NCBI GenBank assembly: GCA_002633005.1
Contig: NMRA01000492.1
Coordinates: forward strand, 144,355 to 208,354
Source of the DNA: Phoronis australis
Taxonomy: Eukaryota; Animalia; Phoronida
Direction of reading: 5' to 3'
DNA: 64,000 bases
Under the pieces are notes generated by a model, which made no database searches, had not been told where the DNA came from, and saw only the letters and a list, made by a program, of their open reading frames with translations. Every line of letters starts with the position of its first letter. Positions within the stretch are counted from its first letter, which is position 1. Of the stretch, positions 15,001-30,000 are shown piece by piece. Position numbers and translations under genes: made by a program.

Positions 15001-18000
15001 GGTTGGCTAACGACAAGAAAATTAGCAAGCAATTGAGATGTGAGTATATTTTTGTTTCATTCTGCAGTTTCCTTAATTGTAGAGTGAGAACATTTGCTGT
15101 TGCAGCACAGCCAACGTATTGTTCAGTTAATGTAGAATGGAGCTGTACAGTGTGCCATGCTCGCTAGATAATGGAGCTGTACTGTGTGACAGTGTGCCAT
15201 GCTCCCTAGATAATGGAGCTGTACAGTGTGACAGTGTGCCATGCTCCCTAGATAATGGAGCTGTACAGTGTAACTGTGCCATGCTCCCTAGATAATGGAG
15301 CTGTACTGCGTGGCAGTGTGCCATGCTCCCTAGATAATCGAGCTATACAGTGTGACAGTGTGCCATGCTCCCTAGATAATGGAGCTGCATTTCCATGGCG
15401 GTTAGCTACAAAAATTTAGTGAGCTCACGAAATTGATCTCGTAGTATTCCTGTCCATGATTGGACTTTATTCCCATTGCTAACATGAAAATCGAAGTCCT
15501 CAGTGACCCAGGAAAAGGTTTCAGTGTGTATGGGAGTTCGACGACCCGAAAATTACAAAATTAGAAAATTGCACGTGCTCCTGTTGCCTGTGACTTTTAA
15601 TTGCTCGATCAGGAACAATTATAGATGAGCGGATGAGTGTGGTAATGTTTTTGAAGCCTATCTTGGAACAGTAACACCTGTAAGTTTGGTTCCTAACAGT
15701 AGATTATCAAATATAACTAACTGTTAGGAGTATTGGTTTGCTTTTGTCTACGTCACCACCAGAATCGCATTTTATTTAAACCAGCCGCGAATAACACCCA
15801 CGTGCAATGGTGTTCTCTTCAGACGTCTATTCAATCAACTGTTATCGGCCTTCTGTTGTTTGTGCTGGGATCTCGCGGTGACACAACATGATTCGAAAAA
15901 GCAACTACACCTTTCATTTGATGGGTCTACATTTATTTGTGTGATAAAACTCTCGTTTTCTTATTTTGATAAAGGCTTTGCTGGAACTGACTACCTGGTT
16001 AGCACAATACGTCTAGAATAACAAAATTTCTTTGAACTTAGGTTTTAAACCCCAAAACGCTTCAGTTAAGAATAACCTCAAAGGTTCATTCTTTAAAACA
16101 ACAACAATAACAACTATTAGGCAGTTAAACTCGACGCCAGTCATCAGTTCAAATCTCAATTTAGATACATGGTTAGGTCAGTTGATGATACGAACACCTG
16201 CACTGTGTTATCGGTTCTCTGATATTCTATTTCAAATGCCAGTGTTTTGACATGGAAATCAGAGAATTGGAGGCGACTTACCACACTGTCTGGGGATCCA
16301 CACGAGTCAATGGTCTGATCTAACTATCACAATTGACTAGATGTAAGGAGCTTGAACGCGTGCCTTAATGCTCCCCTCTTCCATTGCAGCGACCCCATGG
16401 GTATTAGCCTTCCAAGTGAAGTTCTACCCGCCAGATCCAGCCTCGTTAGTGGAGGATATCACACGCTATCAACTGTGTCTTCAAGTTAGAAAAGATGTCT
16501 TGGATGGAAAGTAAGTGATTTGTTGGTATCATTGGCCTTGTTGTCATTGAAGGTAACGAAACTGTGCCGTGCGTCTGTTATGCTTGTGTCTAGCTAATTA
16601 TAGATGGTGCTGTAGGTCCACTGTTATAACTAATTGTCACAACTACTCTGGTTTCCTGGCATGGGGCTTACTTTGTTTCCTCATTTATAAATTCCCATGT
16701 AGATAATAAAACGCCACTGATAACCATTTTCGAAACACCTCCATGTCTTGGAATTGAGTTGTGTGCCAAATTTGAGTCGTTAAGTACCGTTAGACGTTGT
16801 TGCATATGTTAGCTTTTCTGTTTGCTCTTGAATATCAGTCGTGGTTGTTATTGTGACATGTTTGTACAAGGTTCTGTAAGGTTAGACATGGTTAAGTCAT
16901 CCCGAGATTCACTTATTGGTAAGATTGAAAGGACTTGTCAAAGACATCATTGGTGGTTTGCAGTCCTATTTCTTGTCGCGTGCTGATCAGGGTAACGGTC
17001 TCGTCAGTAATATTACTGTGTGCTTTCCTGTGTTTCACTCAGCCTTCTTTATTCCTAGACTGCCATGTTCGTTCGTGACGCATGCCCTGCTGGGCTCCTA
17101 CACTGTCCAATCAGAGCTGGGCGACTATGATGTGGGGGAACACGGCATCGGCATCGGTTATATCCAAGACTTCCACTTTGCACCCAAACAGACCACCGAA
17201 CTGTTGGAAAAGATTTCAGACCTCCACAGAACCCACAAGTACGTGTACATTTGTTATTGGATGTATGGTTTATGTGCTGTAGTTAATCTTGTATTATAAT
17301 TGAATGTTTTCTTTCGTTTGAAATCTTGATTTAAACATCTTTATTTAGATTCTTTCTGAAGGTGTCTCTGGAAACCATATAGAGAAGTTTTGGAGTTTCT
17401 TGTCTTGTACGACTTTCAGTCCAGCCTGGTAGATGATGTTACCAATGTACAGTTTGTCTTTGTTACAAGTACTTTTACGTACTGATGTGTAATGGTGATT
17501 TCATCGCATTCATTATGAGCTGTTCTGCTGGGGCATATCTGTAGAGTCGCTGGCGTATCCGTGTGAATGTCCATTTAGTTTAGGTGAAATAAGTGTGCGC
17601 CTTTGTTTCCTTGCAGGGGCCAGAAGCCCAACGAGGCTGAGCTGCATTACCTGGAAAACGGCAAGAAATTGGCTATGTACGGTGTGGACATGCACCCGAC
17701 GAAGGTGAGGAGGGGGAGGTGACTATACACACTGGGGGCTGCTGCAGTAGGGATAGTCTGGATATGACTGTGGTCAAACTTTTTAGTCAATAACTTTACT
17801 TATTTTTAAATCTGAAAATATGTGTCCAGTGTTCAGGAACTTTCTAGAAACAGCACGACTCTCGATATTAAATCAAAAGTCAAAAAGTGAAGGCTAATAA
17901 AAAAAATCTGAGACATGGTTTTGGCATTGAAAGTGGGAAAGTTCAAACACGGCTTACATATGTGGACTTTCAAGACATCGTGTTCAGAAGTTAGAAGTCT

Positions 18001-21000
18001 TGCTAAAATCGTGATTTCATGTAACCAGTCGAACACCACAATTTTGTTCTCTATTTCTGTCACGAAGAAGGCTCGCTGGTCTCGACTTTTGATGTAGTAA
18101 TGTATTTAAGTTTTATTCTTTCGTTGATGTTTTCAAAACTGTAAAATTCATCAAAATAGTGAAAGTAATAAACGAATGTTGACACTATTAACTGAAGTGT
18201 GTTTTTCTTTTGCGATCAAGTGATTCACTGAAAGCCGAGTTATATCTAGATCAACAAGTCACCTACGAGTGATTCACAGTCAATGTTGATTCTGCACCAA
18301 AATGAATGGCCTGAAACTGAATAGAGATTTGATGAACTCGTTGGGCGGTTTCTAATCCAGGCAATCCCTTGACTAGGGCAAGGACTTGGCGTAGAATCAT
18401 GACAAAAAATTTCCCACACAGTTTGGCTTCTGCGTGGTATAACCAATGAAAATGCTCAAAACTAAATATTATATGCATAGCTGATTTATTCAACGCAGTG
18501 GGAGGTTGGGCTTGTACTGTGGGAAATTTCTGGCTGAAGATTTGATTTGATTGACAAACCTGGTGTTTTCCGAACAGCTTTTCAAAAGTATCAATTTTCT
18601 CTGTAAAACAAACTACCTGTGGTATCAAATAAATGTATAGGATTCTCTAACATGTTTTACTGTATGCACAACCACTGCTTTTAAAGCAGATTCACAATTT
18701 CAGTTTTTGTGATTGGTTAAGTGGTAAACTTTCTAAACATTTTCCATTTTGTTTGTTGATTTATCATTGAGTAAACTCATTGGTTGCCACTAAATGTTGG
18801 CTCCCACCAGATGTCACTCTCTTTATGGATGGTAAATTTATTCATAGTTGCATATGACGTTTGTTTCAGGACTCTGAGGGTGTCGAAATCATGATCGGTG
18901 TCTGCGCCAGCGGCCTTCTCATCTACCGTGACAAGCTGCGCATCAACCGGTTTTCGTGGCCGAAAATTCTCAAGATTTCGTACAAGCGAAACAACTTCTA
19001 CATCAAGATTAGACCTGGAGAGGTACGAAGCAAGATTCACTTTGTGACGCATAAAATTGTCTGATGCGTTGGTACATTTACACAAAAGTGTTTGAAGTAC
19101 CATTTGTGTTGGAAGCTTTGATAGAAAGAGAGGTTAATTATAATTTGAGTAGGAACTGTATCGAGATAATTTGTATAAGCGATTGTGCAAATGTGGCAAA
19201 GAGCAGATGCTGTTATATATTAAGCAATTCATTATCTTTGTAGCTAATTAGTCATTGCATTGCTAATTAGTCATGTTAAGCTAGTTGACACTTCTAGTTT
19301 TCCTGGATTGTAGTCTGGCTGGGGTACCTAATTGTACGCATTCTTTTGTTTGCAAAACTGTCTCGAAGTCGTTTTAACTCTGTTCGAAGTCTTAATTAAT
19401 CTGCGCAAGCCTGAATTATCTGGTCCAAGTGATTTCGTCTAAGGAGGAATTTGGCTTCTTTTAAAAAAAGCCGAGTGAAGGAATTATATCAACAAAGGAG
19501 AAAATCTTAGCTTGGGATCATTGAAAAACCAACTTTCATTTGTGCACACCCAACTTAGGTGACTTCGACTGCTGCGAGTTATATAACGTATATGATGTGT
19601 GTTAAGTGTCTGTTGCGTAGGTGTATATCTTCTGGTGTCTGGTTTCAGTTTGAGCAATTCGAGAGCACCATTGCCTTCAAGTGCCCTAACCACAAACAAG
19701 CAAAGAGACTGTGGAAGACAGCAGTGGAGCATCATACTTTCTTTAGGTGGGTGCTGCCACCTGGTGTGCCGTTCATGTAAAGTGTGTAAAGCTGCTTAAT
19801 GGTGCAATAAACTGGTTCTCACTCAAGACGAAGCTCATTGAGCAGATTGTCGGGGAAGGGAGGTTAGCTTCTTCAGTAGAAGCAATATGGCCAACACTGA
19901 ATTCCAGGCACCTTTTTGTAATCAACTTCAGTTCAAACAAAGGACAAGTACGTGATTATATTACTTTTAAAGGGCAAAGGCACCTTTGAGAAAGTTTGAT
20001 ATTGGCGACAAAACATGGTTTATGGAGGTTTTAATTGTGAAATCAGAATTAAGATTAACCCTGTCAGACTGGACGTGAAATTCCCTTGCCATAATAGTTT
20101 CTGTTTTCAAAATTCAACCAAAATTAGGACCTGGGATTGCTTTAAAGCACTCTTATTTCGGGAGCGCTGGCCAACCTTTCATTTTCTCAACTGTTCTTTT
20201 CTTCCGTTAATACTTTGGATGCTTTCCCTGGAATTCAAAGTAAAATTCTGTTCTGATTTTTGGACGGTTGATCAAGAGAAAATGCGAGCATAAGCTCTGA
20301 ATAATTTTAATTACGATACATGCCTCAATTATATGTTGTTCGGTGTTGTTGCTGGACTTGGTGGTGTTCCCTGTTACAGAATGAAAGAGCCGGAAGTGCC
20401 CAAGAAGACCGGACTCTTCCCGGGCTTCGGCTCGCGCTACCGGTACTCCGGCCGAACCCAGCACCAGACGCAACAGTCGGTCATTGACAGGGACGCACCC
20501 ACAGTGAAACGGGGCGGGCCAACTCACAGCAGTATGGACGGTACGTAGATATTAATGTCATAATTGTTAACATTAATAACTGGTTGTTGATTTTACGAGT
20601 CTTTGATTGTTAACAATGTATTGTAGTATTGTCAGGAATATGTTTTTCTCAGATGTCTTACGGAACTAATGTCGGACGAATCTGTTCTGTAGGAAAAAGA
20701 GAAATCAGCTTGGTGAATACCGGTTTACGTTTCAAAAACTCTTGTATAAGGACTGTGACCAGTTACGCATTTGCAAGACGTTGCTGACTTAGAAGTTAAT
20801 TTTATTCAACTCTGTCTACAGTAGCAGCTGTCTCCAAAGTGATGCTGAAAAGTGTCTGACCAAACTGAATTATCGTTATTAGTGTTGTTTTTCTACACGA
20901 ACATTTTGATTCCCTGACGAGGTTGTTGCATCGTGAACTGTTGTGGCATGTACAAAGCTGTACAACTGTCCCCTGTTCGACACGGAAACTGCTACTTTCT

Positions 21001-24000
21001 CGTTTTCGTTGTTGACTAAAATCATGGCAGTATTTAAGACGGCAGAAACCCAAAATGATTTTTGTTTTTGTGTTTAGTCCACTGGCTGTTATAAACATTC
21101 TCGCCGTGTTCCTTACTTGAATTAAAGATGATTTCAAGGGCAGAGGAGAACTGACCGATTGTTATTGCTTCAGACTATTTAACTTGCTTGTTGCGGTGGG
21201 GCTAGTTTCAGACAGTGTGCCCTATTAGGGAATTCCATGAGATTAAGTGTGGCCCAATTTCATTTCAAACAAGGGATAGGAATGCATTTGACAATGTTTG
21301 TGAAGAAAGTTTTTTTTTTTACTCTAGAACGTGGTTTATAGTGGGTAGCTTAAATCTGGGTTAAACTGTAGTATCCTGACTCTAAAACATTGATTTGTTG
21401 AGTAGAATTCAACTTATTTGACCTGTTTATGTATTGTTGTGTTGAGGAGACAGGTAATACGTCTGTTAAAGGAGTCGCCAGAGTTTTTCTCCTCCATTTT
21501 AATCACGTACCCAACCGTCGCTGCCTTTACAGAACTCCATCAATTCGCTCCTGGAAGCAACGAAAGTCTAGACATGGCCGAGCGAAGCGCCACATTACCA
21601 GGTTGTTAGCCCATCTGCCCCCATATGCCAGCATTCTGTACTAATAGGTTGCCCAATGCATGCACTTTGTCATTCCACTATTAGACAGTTTGTTCAGTTT
21701 ACATTGACCGCATGGATAGTCTAGTTAATAAACAGAACTTAATACTCCGAGTCTTGTCTTGTCCAATAGCATGTCTAGTTATGCTACAGTTCTAGTGGTT
21801 TAACTCCAAGATTATGCAGGGTTCCCATTGTGGCTATTAAACTCTGTGCAATGCCATACACTAATACCCTAATAACTGGAAATTGCCTGTGCCACAGAGT
21901 ACTTGAAATCTGATGGTTTTTGTGTGTGAGACTCTGGATAGCCATTGTCCATTAAGCAGTTAACTGGCATACTCATTCTTTTCTTGCTCATAGACAAGAC
22001 TGTTAATGTATGAAGGTTTTATTACACAGCCAAAGAGTCCATCTAATTACTATGCAGAGGACATGCCGAGTTGCTGGGTAGTTAGGTCACTAACAGCTAT
22101 TCTCTGTTTGATATTCTCTGCAGAGCAAAGTGTATTGATTTTTGACATGGATGGCCATGTCTGGCTTTTTGTGTCATCGAAGTTCTATGGGAATAAGTCT
22201 GCTGTCCTTGGGCTCATTTATCTCCATCAGTTGCATGTCTGCCTTGACAAATTCTATGACTGACTACTGTTAGTAACGATTCTTGGCTGTTTTATACTAT
22301 ATTTTCATTATTTCATGGATTCAACTGTTTAACGTAATGCTACAAAATGTTGTTAAGTTTTCATAAGCTCAGATTTCATGAATTTCACTCGGGGAAAACA
22401 GTCAGTTTTTTCTTTCTGCTCTTGTCGACGTGTTTGAGGACAAGGTTGAAAGTTGGTCGCCTTGTCTGATGATTTGATTTACTTATCAGTATCTCAAATT
22501 CTCCTCAGAATAAACATTGTATAATATAACAGATAATAGTCAGGGTTTTTCCTAAGTCAAAATCTGAACGGCGGTGCGAGTTTGTGCAACGAGTTGCCGC
22601 ATTATAACCTACCTTTGTGCTAATTCACTGAAACGACTAGAGGTGCACGATACTTTACTTGATGAGCATAATTAATGCATTTTTGCTGCAAAAGAATAAA
22701 AATAAGCACCACTATGCGACACAACTTCAATCATTTGTCTTGGAAAGTAGACAAAACTCATGGCTCATACCTTTTCAAATTAGCTGAACATTTCCAAACA
22801 TGGGAACAGAAGTTTCCAAACTTGGGGCAGCATTATGCTTGAATACACGTAGGGAGAACTCTTATTTTAAACCGCATGTTATTATTTTGACTTTTGATAT
22901 TTAATTTTGCACGTACGTCATTCATAGATTGCTATAAGCTGTATTATTTCTTTACCATTGACTGTCTTCCTTTAAGTGACTTGTAATTTTGTCATGTAAC
23001 ATCCCATTCTAAGTTTTTAGTTGAATGCTTCTTCTAGGTAATAATCTGAAAGTGTTTATGTAATATGTTACTGTCGATATCTTGTTGGTAAATGTGTCGC
23101 TAATTAGTGTTTTGAATGATTCATGTGGTTGGCTCGTGTTTACAAATTGACTAAAACTTGGTGCAAATTACAATAAAAAAGCAATTTTATTTTGCTAAGT
23201 GTGGCTTCGACACGTGAACAAAAACTGTCACATAGCCTTACGCATGGTGAAGTGAGAGGTCTCAGGGATGGCTGCATCACTAGATTACTGCTAGCCTATG
23301 TGTGTGCTGTATTCATCTTTTTGTCCTGACACCATGTTCCTCTTAACCAGCACATCATGTGACTCGTAACTAGTTGTTAAGTAAAGTTGCAAGCAATGAC
23401 TGGATGCGTTTCTCCATTGTAGCCTACTCTCGCAGGGCTGCTCCAGAAGACTCCATCGAGCCTTCCACAATGCCACGCACGGACCGCGCACGCGCCAGCC
23501 AGGCGGAACCAGAAGAGGTTAGTAGTGCCGCACTATGCGGTGGTCTGTTGGCCGCCTGGGGTGGTCTGGGTTGCGACAGTTGTTTGGGGGCGGTCTATTG
23601 GTTGGAATTGAAAAATAGAGTTGCAATATGAAAGATGTGTGTATTGGGTTTTGTTGTTGTAGATCTTGTACGATGTCGTCTTGTGGAGGCATAGATAAGG
23701 CTGAAAATTGTGAGAAGATGCTCACAAGAAAATAAGATGTCAACAGACTTGAAGCAGGGGTTAATCTGGCTTCCGTCATGAAACTAACATTTGATCTTGG
23801 TCACGAATGGTTATAACTTTTACCTGATTCAGATCAGGGGTGATTCCTGTGCTTTAGGAAGAACTGGGAATTCGTTATTGCTCAAGATGAGGCTCTGCCA
23901 TTTGGCTCGTCTCGGTGGGTCATTTCATGCGCAGTCTTGAGTATTGCCCAACTGCCAGTTTTTTCACATTACAAGAATCACTCCCTATGTAAGTGAGGAA

Positions 24001-27000
24001 CGATTTGGTAACAATTTTTGGCAGTAAGTAGTTTAAATCAAAAGTTAGTTTCTGCGACAGCCGGCGACAAGTTATGATTGCTTTAAACTACTGATTGAAA
24101 CATAAGTTATTGTTCCTGTAATTTGTTTCTTGATGTGACAGGTGTCCCCTGTGGTCCCTTTCGTAGGTCATCGCTCTTTACCACCTTTCCTTGTCTCCCT
24201 TTCTCATTTAAGTTAAACCTGGCATGTATGGCAGCCTAGCCCACATTGGTTAGTCAAAGCAGAGTACGCGTAAAAATCGAGGCTTAAACCTCACTGGTAT
24301 CGCAAAACTCCTGGTGTACATTGCTGTGTGTTCACTGAGGTTACTGCGTTACATAAGTTGGGTGGACACCACTAGTCCAAGTTGGTCTTGACGACCCTAA
24401 GCGAAGAAAATGGCCACAGGTGCATGAGATTGGACAGCTACCTACCTGGAGTGATGAATTCTGGGGATGAATGCTGCATAACCCCACTGTGCTTGTAAAT
24501 TCTCTTGCTAGGCCACGTCTCTTTTAGAAAAACTCTTAAATGATGAGACTCGTGCTTGGCGAATGCGTCTTTAGTCTTACTTTGTTTCTCTAGTCACTCG
24601 TTTTCTTCAGTACATGTATGGGCTATAATCTTTATGTTTCTGCACCGGTAATGAATCGTAGTAAAGCACGTTCTATTCTGAACTTGTATCCATTGTCTGT
24701 CAAAATTTCCATTTTTAAACGAAACTTTCTTCTCCTCATAGACATTTACCTGTGCATCCTTTGTGTATGGTAATCCTGTATCGATGTAGGGTTTTGGGAG
24801 GCTTTGCAGTTGGCTAGTTGGGGACATGCTGTTGGAGTGAGGTGTTTGCAGCAGTTTAGTTTTGATCCGTTATTAACCCTGCACTCTGCAAATACCATTT
24901 ATGGGAGATCTACAGTAGCCTAGACAATATATGCCTTGTGACAGTATATACAGGGTAAATTTTTCCTGGTAGATAAATGTTCCCAGGATGCAAATATATG
25001 AAAAGTGCACATGATTGAACTATAGCACTTTCCCCTGGTTCAGAGGAAATGGACACAATACATATTGCCCCGATGCATGGTAAATGGAAATAGTAGTGTG
25101 ATGTTATAGTAAAACTGCACTTGTCGGTCAAGTGAACATGACTGCTACTTTGTTGGAAAAAGACTTTGAACCTAAAATCATGACACCAGATCACTCAATT
25201 TGAGGTTGCTCATCTGATCACATGTAGTATAGCTGTTGTGTTGGGACACGTATTTATTTCAATGGCGCATTGTGTTTCTCGATTTTTGGTTAGTTTGAAA
25301 AAATAATTCCAAGTTCTGATATTAGGTGGGTTAGCACTTCTACTTTTGTCACCATTGTACTTTGTTTGACGTGGCATATTTGGCTCTCATTTTCGTATTA
25401 TCCGTCTTTGAAATTTCAGATTTCTGGACCTTACTTTCATTTTTTCGTAAAACTCTGTAAACCAGATCATCTAAGCTTTCGCCTTAATTAGTAATGTCAC
25501 ACTGTGTACAGTTAGTAGCCATATCTCTGTTGTCTGTAGCATAGTGCTATCACTCTTGACATGCTGCTAACACACTCAGGTCATAGAGGACATTGATGCT
25601 GGTGAACAGGTTGAGGGGCCACTTGTCACCCGAAAAGAGCGTTACTCGCCCTCGACCAGTCTGCCGCGCGACTCATCCCTGCCGCGGGCTGTCAAGAAGA
25701 AAGGATACAAACCAGAGCGCCCCGTGGTGGCCGAAGAGATTGTGCCCGTCGAGCACGAACGCAGCTACCAACAGCACCCGCTCCTATCTCCTTCCTCTCC
25801 GCTACAGGTTTCTCCGTCTTTCTAGTTTTTACGTTCATTTCTTCTGTTCTCTTGGTGCTCCATAATACTAACTTTTAACGTTTGGTTAGCTCTCATTCAC
25901 CTGTCTTTGTTTTTTTTTTTTTGTTCTTTAAGCATTCATTTTCTTTAGATTTTTCTAATTTCGTTCTCGCTTCTGAATAGCTGTTTTCTTTGTTTTGTTT
26001 CTGAGTGGTAAATCTGATGTTAATGTTCACCGACTCACTCTGGGAGTGATTATTTCCTCAGCCCGGACAATATACTTTTGTGACCACTGATCAGGACGGT
26101 AACGTGACGCAGTGCGTGGCTGAGCCCGACGGCACCATTATTTCGCGCAAGACGCTGCCTCCTATCAAGAAGGACAGCACCCTGCCACGCCCGAATCTGG
26201 GCCCCAGGAGTGCAAACACGTACCCCCGGAAACAGGTGGATAGACCCTAACGGCATGCTAACAACAGCCTTGCGCTCGGAATGTTGATTGCTATGTTCCT
26301 AGGATTACTTTTCTGTTCAATCTAATGGCCCGCTTTTTAAAAATCTCGTCTTTGTCTCTTGTCTTAGACCTTGAGTGGTGTCTTCTCCTCTAGTGACCCG
26401 TGGATGTTCACAATGTGCCTCTGCTGTGAAACTGTTTCAAGACTTGCATGATACTATATTGCGCTCAAAGAGTCCGCGTCATCGTCTACAGACGGGAGTC
26501 TGTATTGTGTTGGTGTTAAAGGCGTACATCGACGTGGCAGTGTTTCACTTTTGCTATTTGTGAATGACATACCTGTCCATTGTTTATATTAACGATACAG
26601 TTTGTAGGTGGTTCAGCCTTATTCATTTACAGCATGAAATTGACTGCTGAGTGTGATGCGTACTGTGTTCTTCCAGTTACAGACTATAGTGACTGGATGT
26701 CTTGAGTCTTAAAATTTGGTTTGAAAACACTGTCTCTCTTTCACGTCCATCTCTTCTTGTCGCATCATTTCTCTCCACCGTAAAAGCCTGCAGCTGTTAC
26801 AAGGTGAAACGGCAACTTTTGTGGGTGATGTAGTACAAGCTGAGGATTGTTTATTCTTCTAGATCTACTATATGCTAGGTGTTCTTCTGAACGTTCAGGA
26901 ATGTATTGTGAAGTCTATGTTTTGCCGTCTGTTTTTCTCTGGGCCGTCCATCATTGGTAGGCTCTCAATGTGCTGTTTCATATAATGGCATGCTCTTGAC

Positions 27001-30000
27001 TCTGCACCCCGTTGTTTATAGTATTTAGTTGTGTTTGTTTCATTTTGTTATGTTGTTTAATATGCCCTACTTCGCGCTCTAAATGATCACTGTTTGTCAG
27101 CGTTTTACGCTGGTATTTCACACTTTTATTTTCACGCACAAACTGATAATCACTTTGTTTGACGTGTTCTCTTGTACTGAAAGCTTTTTTGTCTCGTCTC
27201 TTGTGTTCAGTTTCTTCTGCAGTGTCTTGTTCCATCACTATGTTTCTAATTCCTTTCTGTTGTTATTGTAGTACGACCAGGATGACCTTATCCGCGCCAT
27301 GGGCAGTGCTAATTGGTGGAAGTATGCTCCGGAGGAGCGGTTCGCCATGCTGGGGCCCCAGCGATGCTGTCCCACCCAGGAAGAACAGGAGAACCTGTTG
27401 CGTGACTGGCCGCTGTTGAAACCGCAGGAACGCGCCGATGTTCTGAAGCGGTGGCCGCGTCTGACACCAGGAGAACGAGAGAGACTGCTGGACGACTGGG
27501 CCAAGCTGAACCCCGAGGAGCGCAAGAAGACGCTGTCCCAGTGGTACGACATGGCGCCAGTGGAACGCCAAGTACTATTATCCAACTGGGATAACCTGTC
27601 GCCGGAGGAGCGCAAGATTCTGATGAACAACTGGCCGCTGTTCACACCGATGGAGCGCGCCATCCTGCTGAGCCAATGGCCTAAGCTGTCGCCAGAAGAG
27701 CAGGACCGCATACTAAGGGACTGGGACAAGCTGACGCCGGAGGAACGAGACATGGTGCTGAGAAATTGGTACAAACTGTCGCCAGAAGAACAAGACAAGC
27801 TATTGGAGGCTGAGAAGGCACGACGACGGGCTGCCAACTTACCTGTGGACGTGAGTAGTGGGAGGCATACTGGTAAGGTTGGAGCTGTTGAGCTATGTGT
27901 AGATCTGAGCTCTTGGGAGAGAACATATTTGTGGGGTTGGTGTAGCTGATAAAAATGTCACTTGTTTATTAGACTTAGAGGTACACGCAGTTAGATGGAT
28001 ACTGTCCATTTTTCAAGCTTAAGGCAGTTGTTGTATTGCTATATTTCGAGGAGAATTTTTCGAACCATTTGTTGCTCATCGCACGGCACCAATGACTCAC
28101 ATTACTCACTTCCATAAGAGGGAGCTGGTGAGTGTCATGCAAGTGTGTTGCACGTGACACTTTGAAGTGGATTCCAATACGAACCATGACACTTTTGCAC
28201 AATTAGTGATTATATCTTGACCCCCAAAAGTGTTTTTGTCTGTGTTTGGAAAAATACACGGGAAGTTCTAACGGTGTTGTCTGTGTTCACTTACAGGGTG
28301 TTCAAGATGAACTGATTCAGAGGTATGGCAAGGACACGAGTGCCATTGACTATATCAAGACGGCGGCCGCGCTCACTCCGGAGGAAGAGGTGCGACTACG
28401 GCTCCAGGAGGATCTGAAGAGGCAAGAGGCTGCTGGGGAATCTGTCGACTCGGTGAGTGAGGATTGGCTAGGTCACATGACTCTTGGGCACCAGATTTTT
28501 GTCTCGGTGTCACGCACTTTGGTTGTAACAGGGTGGAGAGATGAGCCAGTATTGGGACTTGTTCATGCTCTGAGTAAGCAGTTGTCAGTTGCGTGGAAGG
28601 GCAGGACTCACTGCGTGACGTTGTTCCCTCTTTTCGTGCGAAATGTACGCAAAATGTAAAACTTGGTAAGCTCGCGCACATTTTTCATAACATCAAAATG
28701 ATTTCTGCCCAGTCAAATTGTGAGTTAATGCATTCCGTTATGCTTGGCAATGCAAACATTACTAGTGCATAAACTGCACGTTTTGGTCGAGAACGAAACT
28801 CGTGAAAGATAATAAGAGTATCCTGGAAGATGCACAGAAAATTTGCGGAACATGAAAACGAATTTGACAGCGGGAATCGGGATCTGAAACCTAGCCATGG
28901 TTTTGACAGAGTCCAGCCTTGAAGTTTAAAGGTCCGTCCAAGTGTCTTAGTCTTGCTTGACCGTGTACAGCTGCCATCGCATTTGGACATCATGCCCGCA
29001 GTTTTTGGGGCCAGCGGCAGGACTGCAGTGCTTTTCAGTTTTTGTTTCCGCATAGTGTAGCCACTGTTGTTACAAGTCCTAGCATCGAATTGTTTCTCCA
29101 CCCTGTGTAAGGACTGTGCACTGTTTCAAGCACTGTGAGTGAAACCATCTTTCATGTGGTTCAATTGAATATTGTTGTTGTGTACCATTCACCCACGTGT
29201 CTGTTCTGGAACAGAGTATGCCGTGACCATGCAAAAAGTTCCTAAGTTTTTGCGTGCTGGCTGAAACACTTGGCAAATCTCGGAACTGTTTTTTTTTTTT
29301 TTTTTTTGAACTTACGAAGCACATCCTGAGCAGTTTGTGGGCTCGTATTTTTGTGTACTCTTTGGTTTTAGCTAAACAGTCTATGGTGCTAATTTTTGTC
29401 TTGACTATTAAAACATGGGGGTTTGGTGGCAGCCAAGAGCTATGTTTCGCCATTTTGTAGCAGCTGTAAACTGTCACCGTTTTGAGCAACTTGAGACAGC
29501 GGTGAAATATTGCCGTCTTAGAAGTTGTCTAAATTTTTTGCCTTTTTTGTCATTTCATTGTGACACCACGGTAGCCAAATCTGCTTGGATTTGATTATAG
29601 TCTCCCAAAAGGGAGTTGCCAAGGCATTTTGTCATGAACACAAAGTTATTTAGACATAGTGTTGTTTCCTCGTCACGACGGTGCTGTCCCGTCATAACGA
29701 TGAACTCCGTTCGCACTTAGCCATTGTAATGGGAAATTCCAGTTGCATTGCAGTCAACATGACGTCGAATTTCTAGTCATTCTGCACGTTTCTTGGTAGA
29801 CCAGCTATGCCTGGCCGTTTTTGTTGCAGTTTAGGTGGCAACTTGTTCCAGCTGAAATTTTAGCCGTAGCTGTTTGGGCATTTTGTACTCAAGTTCTGCC
29901 TGTGTTTAGACTCTAGTTTGACCGTTACTGTAGACAGTAGTTTGTTTTAGACTAGGTCTCAGGGCCGCATGAGTCTCAGTGGTTGACATGCATTGGTTGC

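Noticed and set aside
14389-15324. ORFs with QLATVTC and [11 protein letters not shown] repeats
   Set aside because: Translations of 21-bp and 42-bp minisatellites with near-identical DNA units; intronic
27238-27837. 199-aa Ser-rich minus-strand ORF (and other overlapping ORFs)
   Set aside because: Antisense shadow of the GC3-biased repeat exon; no independent splice or start signals
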